Source: Octopus bimaculoides (lineage: Eukaryota). From it: a stretch of DNA of 35,944 nucleotides. Position numbers and translations under genes: made by a program. The notes below the pieces were generated by a model. The model was not told the origin of the DNA and did not search any database. It saw nothing but the letters and a program-made list of their open reading frames with translations. The stretch lies in NCBI RefSeq assembly GCF_001194135.2, contig NC_068981.1, forward strand, positions 29,748,215 to 29,784,158, in the 5' to 3' direction. Below, piece after piece: positions 1-11,529 of the stretch (positions within the stretch are counted from its first letter, which is position 1; every line of letters begins with the position of its first letter).

Positions 1-102
1 TATACTCATGTATTTATATCCAAATGCTTACTGTTGTAAGGCAGTAGCGCAATTGAATAATAGGTGTGAGTTGGGGTAAAGAAGAAGTTTACCTAGAATG
101 TA

Positions 103-409
103 TAAGGTAAAAAGAAAATGGAGAGGGGAATCATTCGACAAACATCAACCTGCAATCATTCATTTGGATCTATTTATTAATTAATTACAATCATATGTAT
201 AAGTAAGTAAATAAACAAGTAAATAAAAATAAATGAATGAGTGAATAAACTAGTATTATTCACTCATTTATTCTTATTCATTTTTTTTTTATTTGTTTAT
301 TTACTTAATTATACATATGATTGTAATTAATTAATAAATAGATCCAAATGAATGTTTGCAGGGTGATGTTTGTTGATTGATTATCTTCTCCATTCTCTTC
401 TTTGCCTTG
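103..409. mobile_element. Palindromic (fold-back) MITE-like element flanked by TA
   Basis: The two halves are reverse complements centred on actagt at about 249-254. For example, aaacatcaacctgcaatcattcatttggatctatttattaattaattacaatcatatgtataag matches the reverse complement of the 310-371 region with few mismatches. The termini TAAGGT and GCCTTG are flanked by TA (101-102, 410-411). Confidence 0.75.
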
Positions 410-411
410 TA

Positions 412-643
412 TATATGTGTGCATGTGTGTGTGTTTTTGTGTGCCTGTGTTTGTACCACCATCATCGTTTGACAACCGATATCGGTGTGTTTACGTGCCA
501 GTTACCTAGCGGTTCGGCAAAATCAACCGATAGAATAAGTACAAGGCTTACAAAGACTAAGTCCTGGAGTCGATTTCTTTGACTAAAGGTGGTGCTCCAG
601 CATGGCCTCAGTCATATGACTGAAACAAGTGAAAGAAAATAGA
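412..643 (+). mobile_element. SINE family A, microsatellite plus 3' half
   Basis: (TG)-rich stretch, then gtttgacaaccgat...gtgtttacgt...tagcggttcggcaaaa...ctggagtcgat...ggtggtgctccagcatggcc...tgactgaaacaagt. Homologous to the copies at 4182-4450, 18452-18826 and 24643-24826. Confidence 0.9.
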
Positions 644-1111
644 TTATGTATATATATATATATATATNNNNNNNNNNNNNNNNNNNNNNNNNNNNNNNNN
701 NNNNNNNNNNNNNNNNNNNNNNNNNNNNNNNNNNNNNNNNNNNNNNNNNNNNNNNNNNNNNNNNNNNNNNNNNNNNNNNNNNNNNNNNNNNNNNNNNNNN
801 NNNNNNNNNNNNNNNNNNNNNNNNNNNNNNNNNNNNNNNNNNNNNNNNNNNNNNNNNNNNNNNNNNNNNNNNNNNNNNNNNNNNNNNNNNNNNNNNNNNN
901 NNNNNNNNNNNNNNNNNNNNNNNNNNNNNNNNNNNNNNNNNNNNNNNNNNNNNNNNNNNNNNNNNNNNNNNNNNNNNNNNNNNNNNNNNNNNNNNNNNNN
1001 NNNNNNNNNNNNNNNNNNNNNNNNNNNNNNNNNNNNNNNNNNNNNNNNNNNNNNNNNNNNNNNNNNNNNNNNNNNNNNNNNNNNNNNNNNNNNNNNNNNN
1101 NNNNNNNNNNN

Positions 1112-1353
1112 ACAAATTCTGTATGTGAATCTGATTTGGTAATTTTTGTATATAAGAATGTATTTACGTACGGGCGTATTTATGCATAGGTATGTATGTA
1201 TGTATAATTTGTATTTGTTCCAGAGTCAAATGATTATCTGTATGCGAACGTAGTTGTGAGGGAAACAAATTCTGTATGTGAATCTGATTTGGTAATTTTT
1301 GTATATAAGAATGTATTTACGTACGGGCGTATTTATGCATAGGTATGTATGTA
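1112..1353 (+). repeat. Direct duplication of about 89 bp (1112-1200 and 1265-1353) next to a gap
   Basis: acaaattctgtatgtgaatctgatttggtaatttttgtatataagaatgtatttacgtacgggcgtatttatgcataggtatgtatgta occurs twice, 153 bp apart. Confidence 0.9.
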
Positions 1354-3361
1354 TGTATGTATGTATATATGTATATATGTATGTATGTATGTATGTACAT
1401 AAGCATAAATGTATGTACATAAGCATAAATGTAGATTTTTCAGAGTCGCGTAAAATTTTCTCTTTCGCATTTGGTTTTCAACATTTCACACTGCCACAAA
1501 ATAAGTCGTTTCATATTTTACGTTTCCATGTGAAAGTTTACCTTCTTTGTGATCTTTTTTATTATATATAAACATAAACGTAGTTCTTCTTACAAATTTC
1601 CTTTCTTTTACGACCTTTACTTTTTTTCCAACTATTGTTAACCATTTTCATTCTTTTCATAGAACTTTTTGCTTCTCAATACTGACATACACTCACATAT
1701 ATATATGCATATATGTTTATGTATGTATATATCATAAACTTCTTGTTCCATCTCAGCATTAGTCTTATAGTCATATATATATATATCAATATATATATAT
1801 ATATATATGTTCCAAAATCTATTCATGTTGCCTCTATTATCAGCTATACTATACCAGGCATTGACTCGCTCGTATTTTCCGTAATCTGAATTCATCTGAT
1901 ATAGCACTCTACAAATATTATTTTTATGTATTTTCCCAAAACATTCTTTGAGATATGTTTTTTTTACAATTTCTTTTACAGAACGTTTTTTTTTTCTTTC
2001 GTTTCGTTTTCGGGAACAATCTGATTTTTAAAAAAATACTTTTTATATACATATTTACTTCTTTTTCTTCTCGTATTTTTTCAAAAATTTTGTTACTCCA
2101 TTTTTATAAAACATACCGTATGATATATATTATTTACCTTTCTTTTTTTTCATTTATAGTTCGCCATCATAATAACTGTCTTTCAATACAATATATTTTC
2201 TCTTCGTTCCATTCAGCAACGAAATACAAATGCCCCGTCTACACAACGTACACATACACACACGGCTGCAATTGTTTATAACTTTTTATCAGCTTCAGTA
2301 TTTTTTTTTTCATTGATTTACCTGGTTTAAATTTCTTTTTTTTTTTTTNNNNNNNNNNNNNNNNNNNNNNNNNNNNNNNNNNNNNNNNNNNNNNNNNNNN
2401 NNNNNNNNNNNNNNNNNNNNNNNNNNNNNNNNNNNNNNNNNNNNNNNNNNNNNNNNNNNNNNNNNNNNNNNNNNNNNNNNNNNNNNNNNNNNNNNNNNNN
2501 NNNNNNNNNNNNNNNNNNNNNNNNNNNNNNNNNNNNNNNNNNNNNNNNNNNNNNNNNNNNNNNNNNNNNNNNNNNNNNNNNNNNNNNNNNNNNNNNNNNN
2601 NNNNNNNNNNNNNNNNNNNNNNNNNNNNNNNNNNNNNNNNNNNNNNNNNNNNNNNNNNNNNNNNNNNNNNNNNNNNNNNNNNNNNNNNNNNNNNNNNNNN
2701 NNNNNNNNNNNNNNNNNNNNNNNNNNNNNNNNNNNNNNNNNNNNNNNNNNNNNNNNNNNNNNNNNNNNNNNNNNNNNNNNNNNNNNNNNNNNNNNNNNNN
2801 NNNNNNNNNNNNNNNNNNNNNNNNNNNNNNNNNNNNNNNNNNNNNNNNNNNNNNNNNNNNNNNNNNNNNNNNNNNNNNNNNNNNNNNNNNNNNNNNNNNN
2901 NNNNNNNNNNNNNNNNNNNNNNNNNNNNNNNNNNNNNNNNNNNNNNNNNNNNNNNNNNNNNNNNNNNNNNNNNNNNNNNNNNNNNNNNNNNNNNNNTATA
3001 TATATATATATTTATATATATTTATATATACAGTTATATATTTATACATATATCGTATAAAATTATATATCTGTATGTATGTGTGCGTGTGTATGAATTA
3101 TGTGGTTTTCTTGAGGAATTGCGAAATATAATAAAACTGCGATTTAGAAGGTCAGATCAATGCAGGAGGGAAGAGATCAAATATATAATGATAACGACTA
3201 TTAATGTTTTACTTTTAAAATATTTAGTAACACTGTTATTTCGGGCAAAATTCTCTGTCATAGCGTGAGAACAAGAGGAATTTTAGAGCAACAAACATAG
3301 AGGCATTCATACAAATGTACGGAAAATATGCATCTATATCTATATATACATAAACACACAT

Positions 3362-3770
3362 ATAGATGGCACATTAACCAACTAGACGTCTTCCACAAAG
3401 CCAGTCTCAAGATAATATGCGGCTATTCACTAAAAGACTGTGTCTAATGTCAACCTGTTTAGTAAGTGTAAGATTGATGGAATCAAGAGCTTCCTAATGC
3501 AGTCGTAATGGCGCTGGGATGGCCATGTTGACAGAATGTGTGAGGAAAGAATGCCCAAAGTTATCACATATGGTTGACCATGGCTCAGATATACGGACAA
3601 GCTGGAGAGTAATTCCTCAGCATTCAACGTAGCTCACAACTCTTTCGAGCAAACAGCCTTGGAGCGAACAAAATGGAGAACGTCATGTCAAAAGTGGTAC
3701 AAGAGACTTTGTTTAAACCAACATTAACAGTCTTAGGTGTGCAAGGCAAGAAGATAAAAGCAGTTGAAAA
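3362..3770 (+). pseudogene. RTE-clade LINE, decayed C-terminal ORF fragment
   Basis: Manual translation across a frameshift and stops gives HINQLDVFHKASLKIICGYSLKDCV / NVNLFSKCKIDGIKSFLMQS*WRWDGHVDRMCEERMPKVITYG*PWLRYTDKL...FEQTALERTKWR. This matches the RTE post-RT pattern (LDxFHxRCLRxIL...LRWxGHVxRM...RxPK..YG...RYKD...W). Confidence 0.85.
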
Positions 3771-3774
3771 TATA

Positions 3775-3847
3775 CTGCACGCACTGACTCGTAATCCTTA
3801 GATATATTGTGAGTTTGATTCTCAGACCGGGCGTTGCGTTGTGTTCT
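3775..3847 (+). mobile_element. Possible degenerate tRNA-derived SINE head (third family)
   Basis: gtgagtttgattctcagaccgggcgttgcgttgtgttct contains a B-box-like GTTYGATTC followed by a tgtgttct segment like the start of a SINE central domain. It is truncated by the inverted family A piece. Confidence 0.4.
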
Positions 3848-3851
3848 GGAC

Positions 3852-3905
3852 ACTGGTTGTCAAGCTGTGGTGGGGGGACAAACACAGACACATAAGCACA
3901 CACAT

Positions 3906-3937
<32 letters not shown>
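3852..3937 (-). mobile_element. SINE family A middle fragment, inverted
   Basis: The reverse complement reads (TA)n atgtgtgcttatgtgtctgtgtttgtccccccaccacagcttgacaacca, the same post-microsatellite segment seen at 4182-4280. Confidence 0.75.
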
Positions 3938-4181
3938 NNNNNNNNNNNNNNNNNNNNNNNNNNNNNNNNNNNNNNNNNNNNNNNNNNNNNNNNNNNNNNN
4001 NNNNNNNNNNNNNNNNNNNNNNNNNNNNNNNNNNNNNNNNNNNNNNNNNNNNNNNNNNNNNNNNNNNNNNNNNNNNNNNNNNNNNNNNNNNNNNNNNNNN
4101 NNNNNNNNNNNNNNNNNNNNNNNNNNNNNNNNNNNNNNNNNNNNNNNNNNNNNNNNNNNNNNNNNNNNNNNNNNNNNNNNN

Positions 4182-4450
4182 TGTGTGTGTGTGTATGTGT
4201 GTGTGTGTGTATGTGTGTGTGTGTATGTGTGTGTGTGTGTATGTGTGTGTGCGTTTGTCCCCCAACATCCCTTGACAACCGATGCAGGTGTGTTTACGTC
4301 CCCGTAATTTAGCGGTTCGGCAAAAGAGACCGAATAATACGTACTAGGCTTACAAAGGATAAGTCCTGAGGTCGATCAGCTTACTGAAGGCGGTGCTCCA
4401 GCATGGCCGAAGTCAAATAAACAAGTAAAGGAATAAAAGAATAAAAGAAT
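4182..4450 (+). mobile_element. SINE family A, microsatellite plus 3' half
   Basis: (TG)n gtttgtcccccaacatcccttgacaaccgatgcaggtgtgtttacgtccccgtaa...ggcggtgctccagcatggcc...aacaagtaaaggaataaaagaataaaaga. Confidence 0.9.
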
Positions 4451-4607
4451 ATGATTTGAGCGGGATTTGACAACTATTTCTGGGACTTCGAGCGATCACA
4501 TATAGGCTCTTTTCATTAGCTCCACTTATTGTATGGTTATACAACTTCGAATGATCATATATATTACGAAAGACACTCCTGTCGAGGCCATTCTGTCTGT
4601 CGTTCTT

Positions 4608-4670
<63 letters not shown>

Positions 4671-4795
4671 AGGTGACCNNNNNNNNNNNNNNNNNNNNNN
4701 NNNNNNNNNNNNNNNNNNNNGGAGGGGTGGTGATGGTGTTGGAGGTGGTGGCAATAGTAGTTGTTGTAGATGTTGTTGTTGTTGTTGTTGTTGTT

Positions 4796-4858
<63 letters not shown>

Positions 4859-4868
4859 AGGTGACCAA
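4608..4868 (+). repeat. (GTA)n/(GTT)n trinucleotide arrays flanking a 42-nt gap
   Basis: Direct reading. Both arrays end in the same aggtgacc motif (4671-4678 and about 4859-4866). Confidence 0.95.
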
Positions 4869-5233
4869 ATCTGTGTCAGGTTAATCTCACTGAATACCGA
4901 TGCAATGGCTGAAAACGCATTGTATTGTGGTACATATTATATGATAATGTTGTTATTGTTGTTCCCTATTGTCCCTATAACTATTATTGTTAACAATATT
5001 ATTAATATTATTGGGGTCCTTGTTGTTGTTTTTGTACTTTATGTTGTTCCTATTCATATCAATATATAACTCACATTTCACGCCGTAGTATTGTTCCTCA
5101 CAATGCAGTAATGTAGGAAAAAAGGAAATATTTCTTCTCATACCTTCAAGGCAATCATGAATTTTTTTTTTATGGCTGTGTTTAAAGACGCCATTGAAGT
5201 AGGGATATGTCTACCTCTGTGCATATACGTACA

Positions 5234-5237
<4 letters not shown>

Positions 5238-5295
<58 letters not shown>

Positions 5296-5532
5296 CATGC
5301 ACATATATGCGTGTACATACAGTTGCATACCCATACACGGCATTACACATACATATACAGACACACACACACACGTACACATATATGAATGTGTGTTTGT
5401 ATATATACTCACAGATGACATGCATATATATCTATATACATATACATACATACACACATACATACATAAATACATATGCATCATAAACTTTGCTTCATAT
5501 ATTGAGCACCTTTTCTCTTGTTTGTAAATCTC

Positions 5533-5585
<53 letters not shown>
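5238..5585. repeat. (TA)n, (CA/TA)-rich and (TG)n microsatellites
   Basis: Direct reading: (TA)n 5238-5291, (TG)n 5536-5585. Confidence 0.95.
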
Positions 5586-5591
<6 letters not shown>

Positions 5592-6249
5592 CTTTCTAGC
5601 GTAAGGATTACAGCAACATAAATTTGAAAAAATTCAATATACAAATTGTATTCCTGTATTGAAAACATTTATGGATTCTTACAGTAAAATTACGTTCACG
5701 AAATATTCATCAAGTTCTCAGCTGCATGGAGTGAGCATGGGATTTTTTTTTAACAGACTTGTGCCAATTGCCCACCGGCTTAGAAATATACTAGCTTCTT
5801 ATATAGTCACAAACCTTCAGAATTTACTCGAGAGACGAAATTAGAAGTGCAAACGCTCATTTGGTATTTGTATATTCCCTAAGAGTTTCATTTCACAGCA
5901 AGCCTATTAATTTTAAGCATGTAAATATATTTAACAAACGCCGAGTTGTTAAGCAGTATTGGCATAACAGTAAGATCTCAAACTTTTGGTAATGCAACAC
6001 GACTATACAAGAAATCAAAACCTGTCATCAACAACATGTTCTTTCTCTACACTTATGCGTTCCCACTCTTTAACGCCAAGTGCAGGATTTAGACAAAAGT
6101 GCATTAAGTGCGAAACATACGATATTCTGCATAGTATTTCATATAGATCCTTTTTTTATTAATGCAAAGAAAGTTATAGTATACGCTGGAAGAAAAAATT
6201 ATAAATATACTTACGAAAAAGAAAAGCGTATTCCCCGAATTGTGAAAAG

Positions 6250-7255
6250 TATTAGGTCGTCAATTATGAAATTTGTAGAAAAGAAAAAGAAAGTTTGCTA
6301 ATATTTTATAAATGCAAGGAATAGTTTTATTCATCAAACTATGCATCCATATTGTCAATACAGTTTTGCTATTTCAGTGGTAGCTTGTCCAGCCAGGGAC
6401 TATAAAATCCTGGCAGTCTAGAGTCAATAAAATCTTGGAGGGCCTGTTTTACAGCATCGTCGGAATTTATTTTTTTTCTTATCAAAAAGTTATCCAAATT
6501 CTGGAAGAAGGGGTAGTCAGTGGGAACAAGATCAGGTGAGTATGGTGGACGATGGAGAACTTCCAACTCCAACTCCTGTAGTTTCACCAATGTCCTTTTT
6601 TGTGATGTGTGGTCTGGCGTTGTCTTGCAATAAACTAGGAGTGGATCTGTTGACTAATCTAGGCTATTTTTTTTTGTAAGTTTCTGCATCATTTGGTCCA
6701 GTTCGGCCGTGATTGATGAGCCAGGTTTGATGGAATCATAATGGACCACACCTGCGCCAGACCACCAAACACATACCATCAGCTTCTTTTGATGAATTTT
6801 GCTTTTTGGGCTGTGTTTTGGTGGCTCGTCTTTGTTCAAGCATTGTGCTGAACGTTTACGGTTGTTGTATTGGATCCATTTCTCATCACATGTTGCAATT
6901 CGATTCAAAAATGATTCATTTTTGTGACGACAAAGTAGCATAATGCAGGCTTCCAAATGTTGCTGTTTCTGATTTTCATTGAATTCATGTGGAACCCACT
7001 TATCTAACTTTTTCACTTTCCCGATTTGAACTAGGTGAGTCAATATTGTTTGCTTGCTAACACCAGACAACAACGATAATTCACGGGCACTTTGAGATGG
7101 ATCTGACTCGACGGTGGCTTTCAGTTCGTCATTATACACCTTTGCTTCTGGTCGACCTCGTTGCTCATTTGTTGTGAGGTCAAAGTTACCAGAACGAAAT
7201 TTTGCAAACCAATTTGATGCTGTCTGCTGTATAATAACATTTTCTTGAAATTTTC
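6250..7255 (-). pseudogene. Mariner (DD34D) transposase pseudogene with one recognisable TIR, 5' end lost
   Basis: The minus strand encodes ENVIIQQTASNWFAKFRSGNFDL..EQRGRP (HTH), WVPHEF, TCDEKW (D1), LQDNARPH (D2) and YSPDLVPTDY (D3). D2 and D3 are 34 residues apart after correcting a +1 frameshift near 6595. A second frameshift lies near 6670 and there are in-frame stops in PLK*QNCIDNMDA*FDE*. A mariner-like terminus TA|ttaggtcgtcaattatgaaattt starts at 6250, about 75 bp beyond the stop at 6327-6329. Confidence 0.95.
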
Positions 7256-8309
7256 AGTTAACCCCAAATAATTGAATCGGCTTTAAATATCAAGATAACG
7301 CCAGCGTGTATAAAAAAAGAACAAAAAGACAGTAACGCTTTGATGATGTCCACTCTATCATCTACTGACGAATGCTATTTACGTATATATAATTTTTAAC
7401 TCCAGATTTTCGCTAGAAATATGGACGCATGTCTACATAAAGAATGTATAAGCTGACATATGCTTTGACCACTATAGGCCTAAATCATGTCTAACATTAT
7501 AGCATGAGCTGGATGCTTATTTCACTGTATGCATATTAATTTAATTCTATGTACCTTCATCATTTCTTTTTCTCTTCATCATGGCTAGTGCTAACAATAC
7601 GCAGGTCCTTCTTATAGAAAGAGACTGATTTTTGTCGGTGTACATTCTAGTATGCAGTTCAGCCATTGATTAGCACAAGTTTAACCATTACGTTACTGTG
7701 TTGCCATTTTGCCATAGGTTTCATTCCAGATGATAAAACAATCGTCTAGGTACCTTTTCCAGTTTTCTCTTATATACGGGTGGAATGGGGTTCCAAAGTT
7801 TTGGAGCGAAAGTTCATATAAGATAGATTCAAAGAAACCCATTATTAGGTTCTAGTTTTCCAGTTTTCTGTGGAAAACCCATAATTTTCGAGAGTATTAC
7901 GACTTAATTGTTATACAAAATCTAAACATATACACTCTATCTATTACCCCTTATGAATATCATTGAAGAAAATTAACCCTGGATGTAATATTCATTGATT
8001 CATAGGCCATAAGCCCTAATATCGCAAATATGCAAGTTCAAACACACCATTTTTAGTACATCACAATGCTACATCAAACCCTTTCTTCTCTTCCATTCAC
8101 CAAAAATAAAACACTAACCTAAACACACCAAGTAGCACACGAAATCTCATGTTTTACTGTCCTTTCTGAATGAGTCTATTTGCGACCTATCCATTATACA
8201 TTTCTTATAAACTATTTCCGTGAATACAAGTTCTATGAATATACACTATAGGTATAAGACGGACCTCTGAGTCGCCTTAGCGATGGTTCAGCTTCAATTA
8301 AATCATATG

Positions 8310-8539
8310 TATATATACAGAGAAAGAGAGAGAGAGAGAGAGGAGGGGAGTGAGAGAGACGTATATACATACATGCATACACACGAACATATATGTATAG
8401 TGTTCGTGTGTGTGTCTGTGGATATGCATACATACATATATAAGCGTTTACGTGCATGTATATTATATGTATATATATACATGTATATATATGTGTGTGT
8501 GTGTGTGTCTATGTATTCACACACACACACACTCACACT

Positions 8540-8592
<53 letters not shown>

Positions 8593-9030
8593 GTACCCAC
8601 CCACACACACATATATTGGTGTCGCTTTCTCTCTTTAGTTTTATTTATCTTTCTTTCTATCCCATCTTCGTTAATTTCCTTCTTTATCCTTTCCTTGCTT
8701 TCTCTCTCTTTCCCTGTACCTTTATATTGGTCTTTATTGTCGTCTTTATGCATTTCTTCATGTATAGTTCTCTCTTTTTACATTCATTTTCATCTTTTCC
8801 TTCTCCTCCTATCAACATCTTCTTGTACACTATGTTTTCTATTAGCCATATACCCCTTCTTTTCATTTTCTCTTTCTCTTTATCTTCTTTTGCTCTCTCT
8901 CTCTTTCTCTCTCTCTCATTTTGTCACTCTTTCCCTCTTTTCTGTATTCATACATAAACACAAAATATGTAGGAAATTTCTAAATAAATACATGCATACA
9001 TAAATATATACACATATATGTGCATACATG
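8310..9030. repeat. Compound microsatellite and CT-rich low-complexity region
   Basis: (GA)n, (TA/TG/CA)n and a pyrimidine-rich tract at 8625-8945. The ORFs called here are low-complexity artefacts. Confidence 0.9.
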
Positions 9031-9879
9031 TATAAATAAGCCCAGAGTATACTTTATAATGATGCTTTTATTATAACGATTTTCTCACAGCATGGCGCTT
9101 GATCTCGAGGCGAAAGTCTCATATTGATAGCTTTAAATATACAAAGATCATGCCCGCCCTCGCACACACATACATGCATATACGTACATATATACCTGTG
9201 ATGTAACGATCACGTGATACTTGATTTATGTAAACCACTTCCTGCGATTCTCTCGGACTAGTGTGCTTGTGTGTTTATGTGAGGGAATGAGTATGAGAGA
9301 CTGCATGGTGGAGAGAACGGAGAAATGAGAGAGAGGAAGAGAGGGAGAAGGAGAGATAGAGAGAAAGAGAGATAGAAAGAGAGAGAGTCAAAATAGTTTA
9401 GAAACGCTGTACACGTATCCCGCATTCACAAGTTTGTATTCAGTATTCAATATGAAAAGAAAGGAAGAAAGTGAAGGATAAAGAGAAAACAAAAACAAAT
9501 ACAGTCGTATGTCTGAGTGTGTGTGTGAGTGTGTGTGTGTATGTGTGTGTAAGTGTGTGTGTGTGTGTGTGTGTTTATGTACATACGTATGTATGTATGT
9601 ATATATATATATATANNNNNNNNNNNNNNNNNNNNNNNNNNNNNNNNNNNNNNNNNNNNNNNNNNNNNNNNNNNNNNNNNNNNNNNNNNNNNNNNNNNNN
9701 NNNNNNNNNNNNNNNNNNNNNNNNNNNNNNNNNNNNNNNNNNNNNNNNNNNNNNNNNNNNNNNNNNNNNNNNNNNNNNNNNNNNNNNNNNNNNNNNNNNN
9801 NNNNNNNNNNNNNNNNNNNNNNNNNNNNNNNNNNNNNNNNNNNNNNNNNNNNNNNNNNNNNNNNNNNNNNNNNNNNNNN

Positions 9880-9923
<44 letters not shown>

Positions 9924-10585
9924 CATGGTAGAATGACGGAAAATATGATATAGTGAGATGGAGAGGATTACATAGAAATAGATAAAAACGGATTGACAGA
10001 CAAGCAGGAATCTTTGAAAAACAAAAAGGAAAGCTAAAGGAATAAAAAAAAAAGGAGAGAGGTGGTTAGAGAAAGTTAGAAAACAAGATAGATCTTGTTG
10101 TCAATACATATGCCCAGGGGCAAAGCGATTATGTCAAATAGAGCATAAATGAAAATTACTGACACCTCGACTCGTGTATTTATTTTTACATTTATGTAGT
10201 TATTATATGAGTATTTCTATATATGTTTACATTTATATGTTTATTTATATTTATCTTATATTTATTTCTATTATTTCTTATGTATGTGTTCAGTTTTGTC
10301 AGCCAAAGATAAAAAGTAAAAAAAAGAGAGAGAGAGAGAGAATGCGTGCATTTGTTTAGTTCTGTGTCCACACGTGCAGTTTCTTCTCCGTGTTTGTGTT
10401 TTTCTCTCTGCAACGTTTTATGTTTCTTTAAATTAGTAAGCTGCGTACTGACTTCACCCAAACCCACCCGGTACGCCATCCGCTTCTACTCATCTCGTCT
10501 CACTGGCATATATAATCACTGGCATATATAAATATATAAAATGACATGTATATCTAAAGATATGCATACATAATGCAATGCATAT

Positions 10586-10629
<44 letters not shown>

Positions 10630-10639
10630 GTATACATAC

Positions 10640-10681
<42 letters not shown>

Positions 10682-10684
<3 letters not shown>

Positions 10685-10898
10685 GGTGGCGAACTAGCAG
10701 AATCTTCAACATGCAGAGCAAAATGCTTAGCGGACTTTGTCCGCCTTTATGCTCTGAGTTCAAATTCTGCAGAAGTCAGCTTTACCATTCATCCTTTCGA
10801 GGTCGATAAAATAAGTACCAGTGGAATACTGGGGTCGATGTAATCGAATTACCACTGCCCTCGAAATTTCTGTCCTATTGCCAAAAAGTGGAAGTAAT
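10682..10898 (+). mobile_element. SINE family B, near full length
   Basis: A-box-like tagcagaatc, B-box-like gagttcaaattc, then tcatcctttcgaggtcgataaaataagtaccag...ctggggtcgatgtaatcga and an AT-rich tail. Confidence 0.9.
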
Positions 10899-11043
10899 AC
10901 ATATATGCATATAATAGATACTTTGAAGTGGTATACAGATCCTATATATCAAGGAAAAGGAAGTACTCGGGATATGGATAAAAATTGTTGTCATGAATGT
11001 CTTCTTATGTGTGAAGGATGGTGAGAGTAAAAGTTCAAATATT

Positions 11044-11253
11044 GGTGTCTGCCAGAATCCTTAGCTCGCTGCGCAGAAGGCTTAGCGACATTTCCTCCGT
11101 CTTTACGTTCTGAGTTCAAATTCCGCTGGGAAGGACTTCACCTTTCATCCTTCGATGTTGATAAAATGTTACCCGTTGAGAACTGGGGTCGATGTAATCA
11201 ACTTAACCATCTCCCAAATTGCTGGCCTTGCTCCAAAATGTGAAGCCAATATT
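11044..11253 (+). mobile_element. SINE family B, near full length
   Basis: gccagaatccttagc...ttacgttctgagttcaaattccgc...tttcatccttcgatgttgataaaat...ctggggtcgatgtaatcaact...aaattgctggccttg. Colinear with 10682-10898. Confidence 0.9.
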
Positions 11254-11529
11254 TGTAGGTCATCACTTGATTCTTCCCAAAAGATAAAGCAGTGATTGGG
11301 GAAGCATTTCCCTTTTCGATGGCATATTTCGCGAAATTTTGGTCTAAAGTTTTCTCTCCTGTCTTGCATAGATTTTCTTCTAAAAATCTCATCACCAGGT
11401 TCGCATATATCCATAATTATTTTCTGCATTATTTTACTCTGCAGCTACTTGGGAAAAATATTTTTGTTTATGATTTGTATGGAGGTAGCCTTCAAAATGG
11501 AATGTCATAAAGTTGTCTGTACTCTATGC

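Noticed and set aside
7770-7810. tatacgggtggaatgggg..., resembling a Tc1/mariner TIR start
   Set aside because: No matching inverted partner was found, and it does not match the TIR at 6252.
11260-11520. Several overlapping 65-98 aa ORFs between a SINE and the hAT MITE
   Set aside because: No recognisable motif. It may be an old decayed element, but I cannot assign it.
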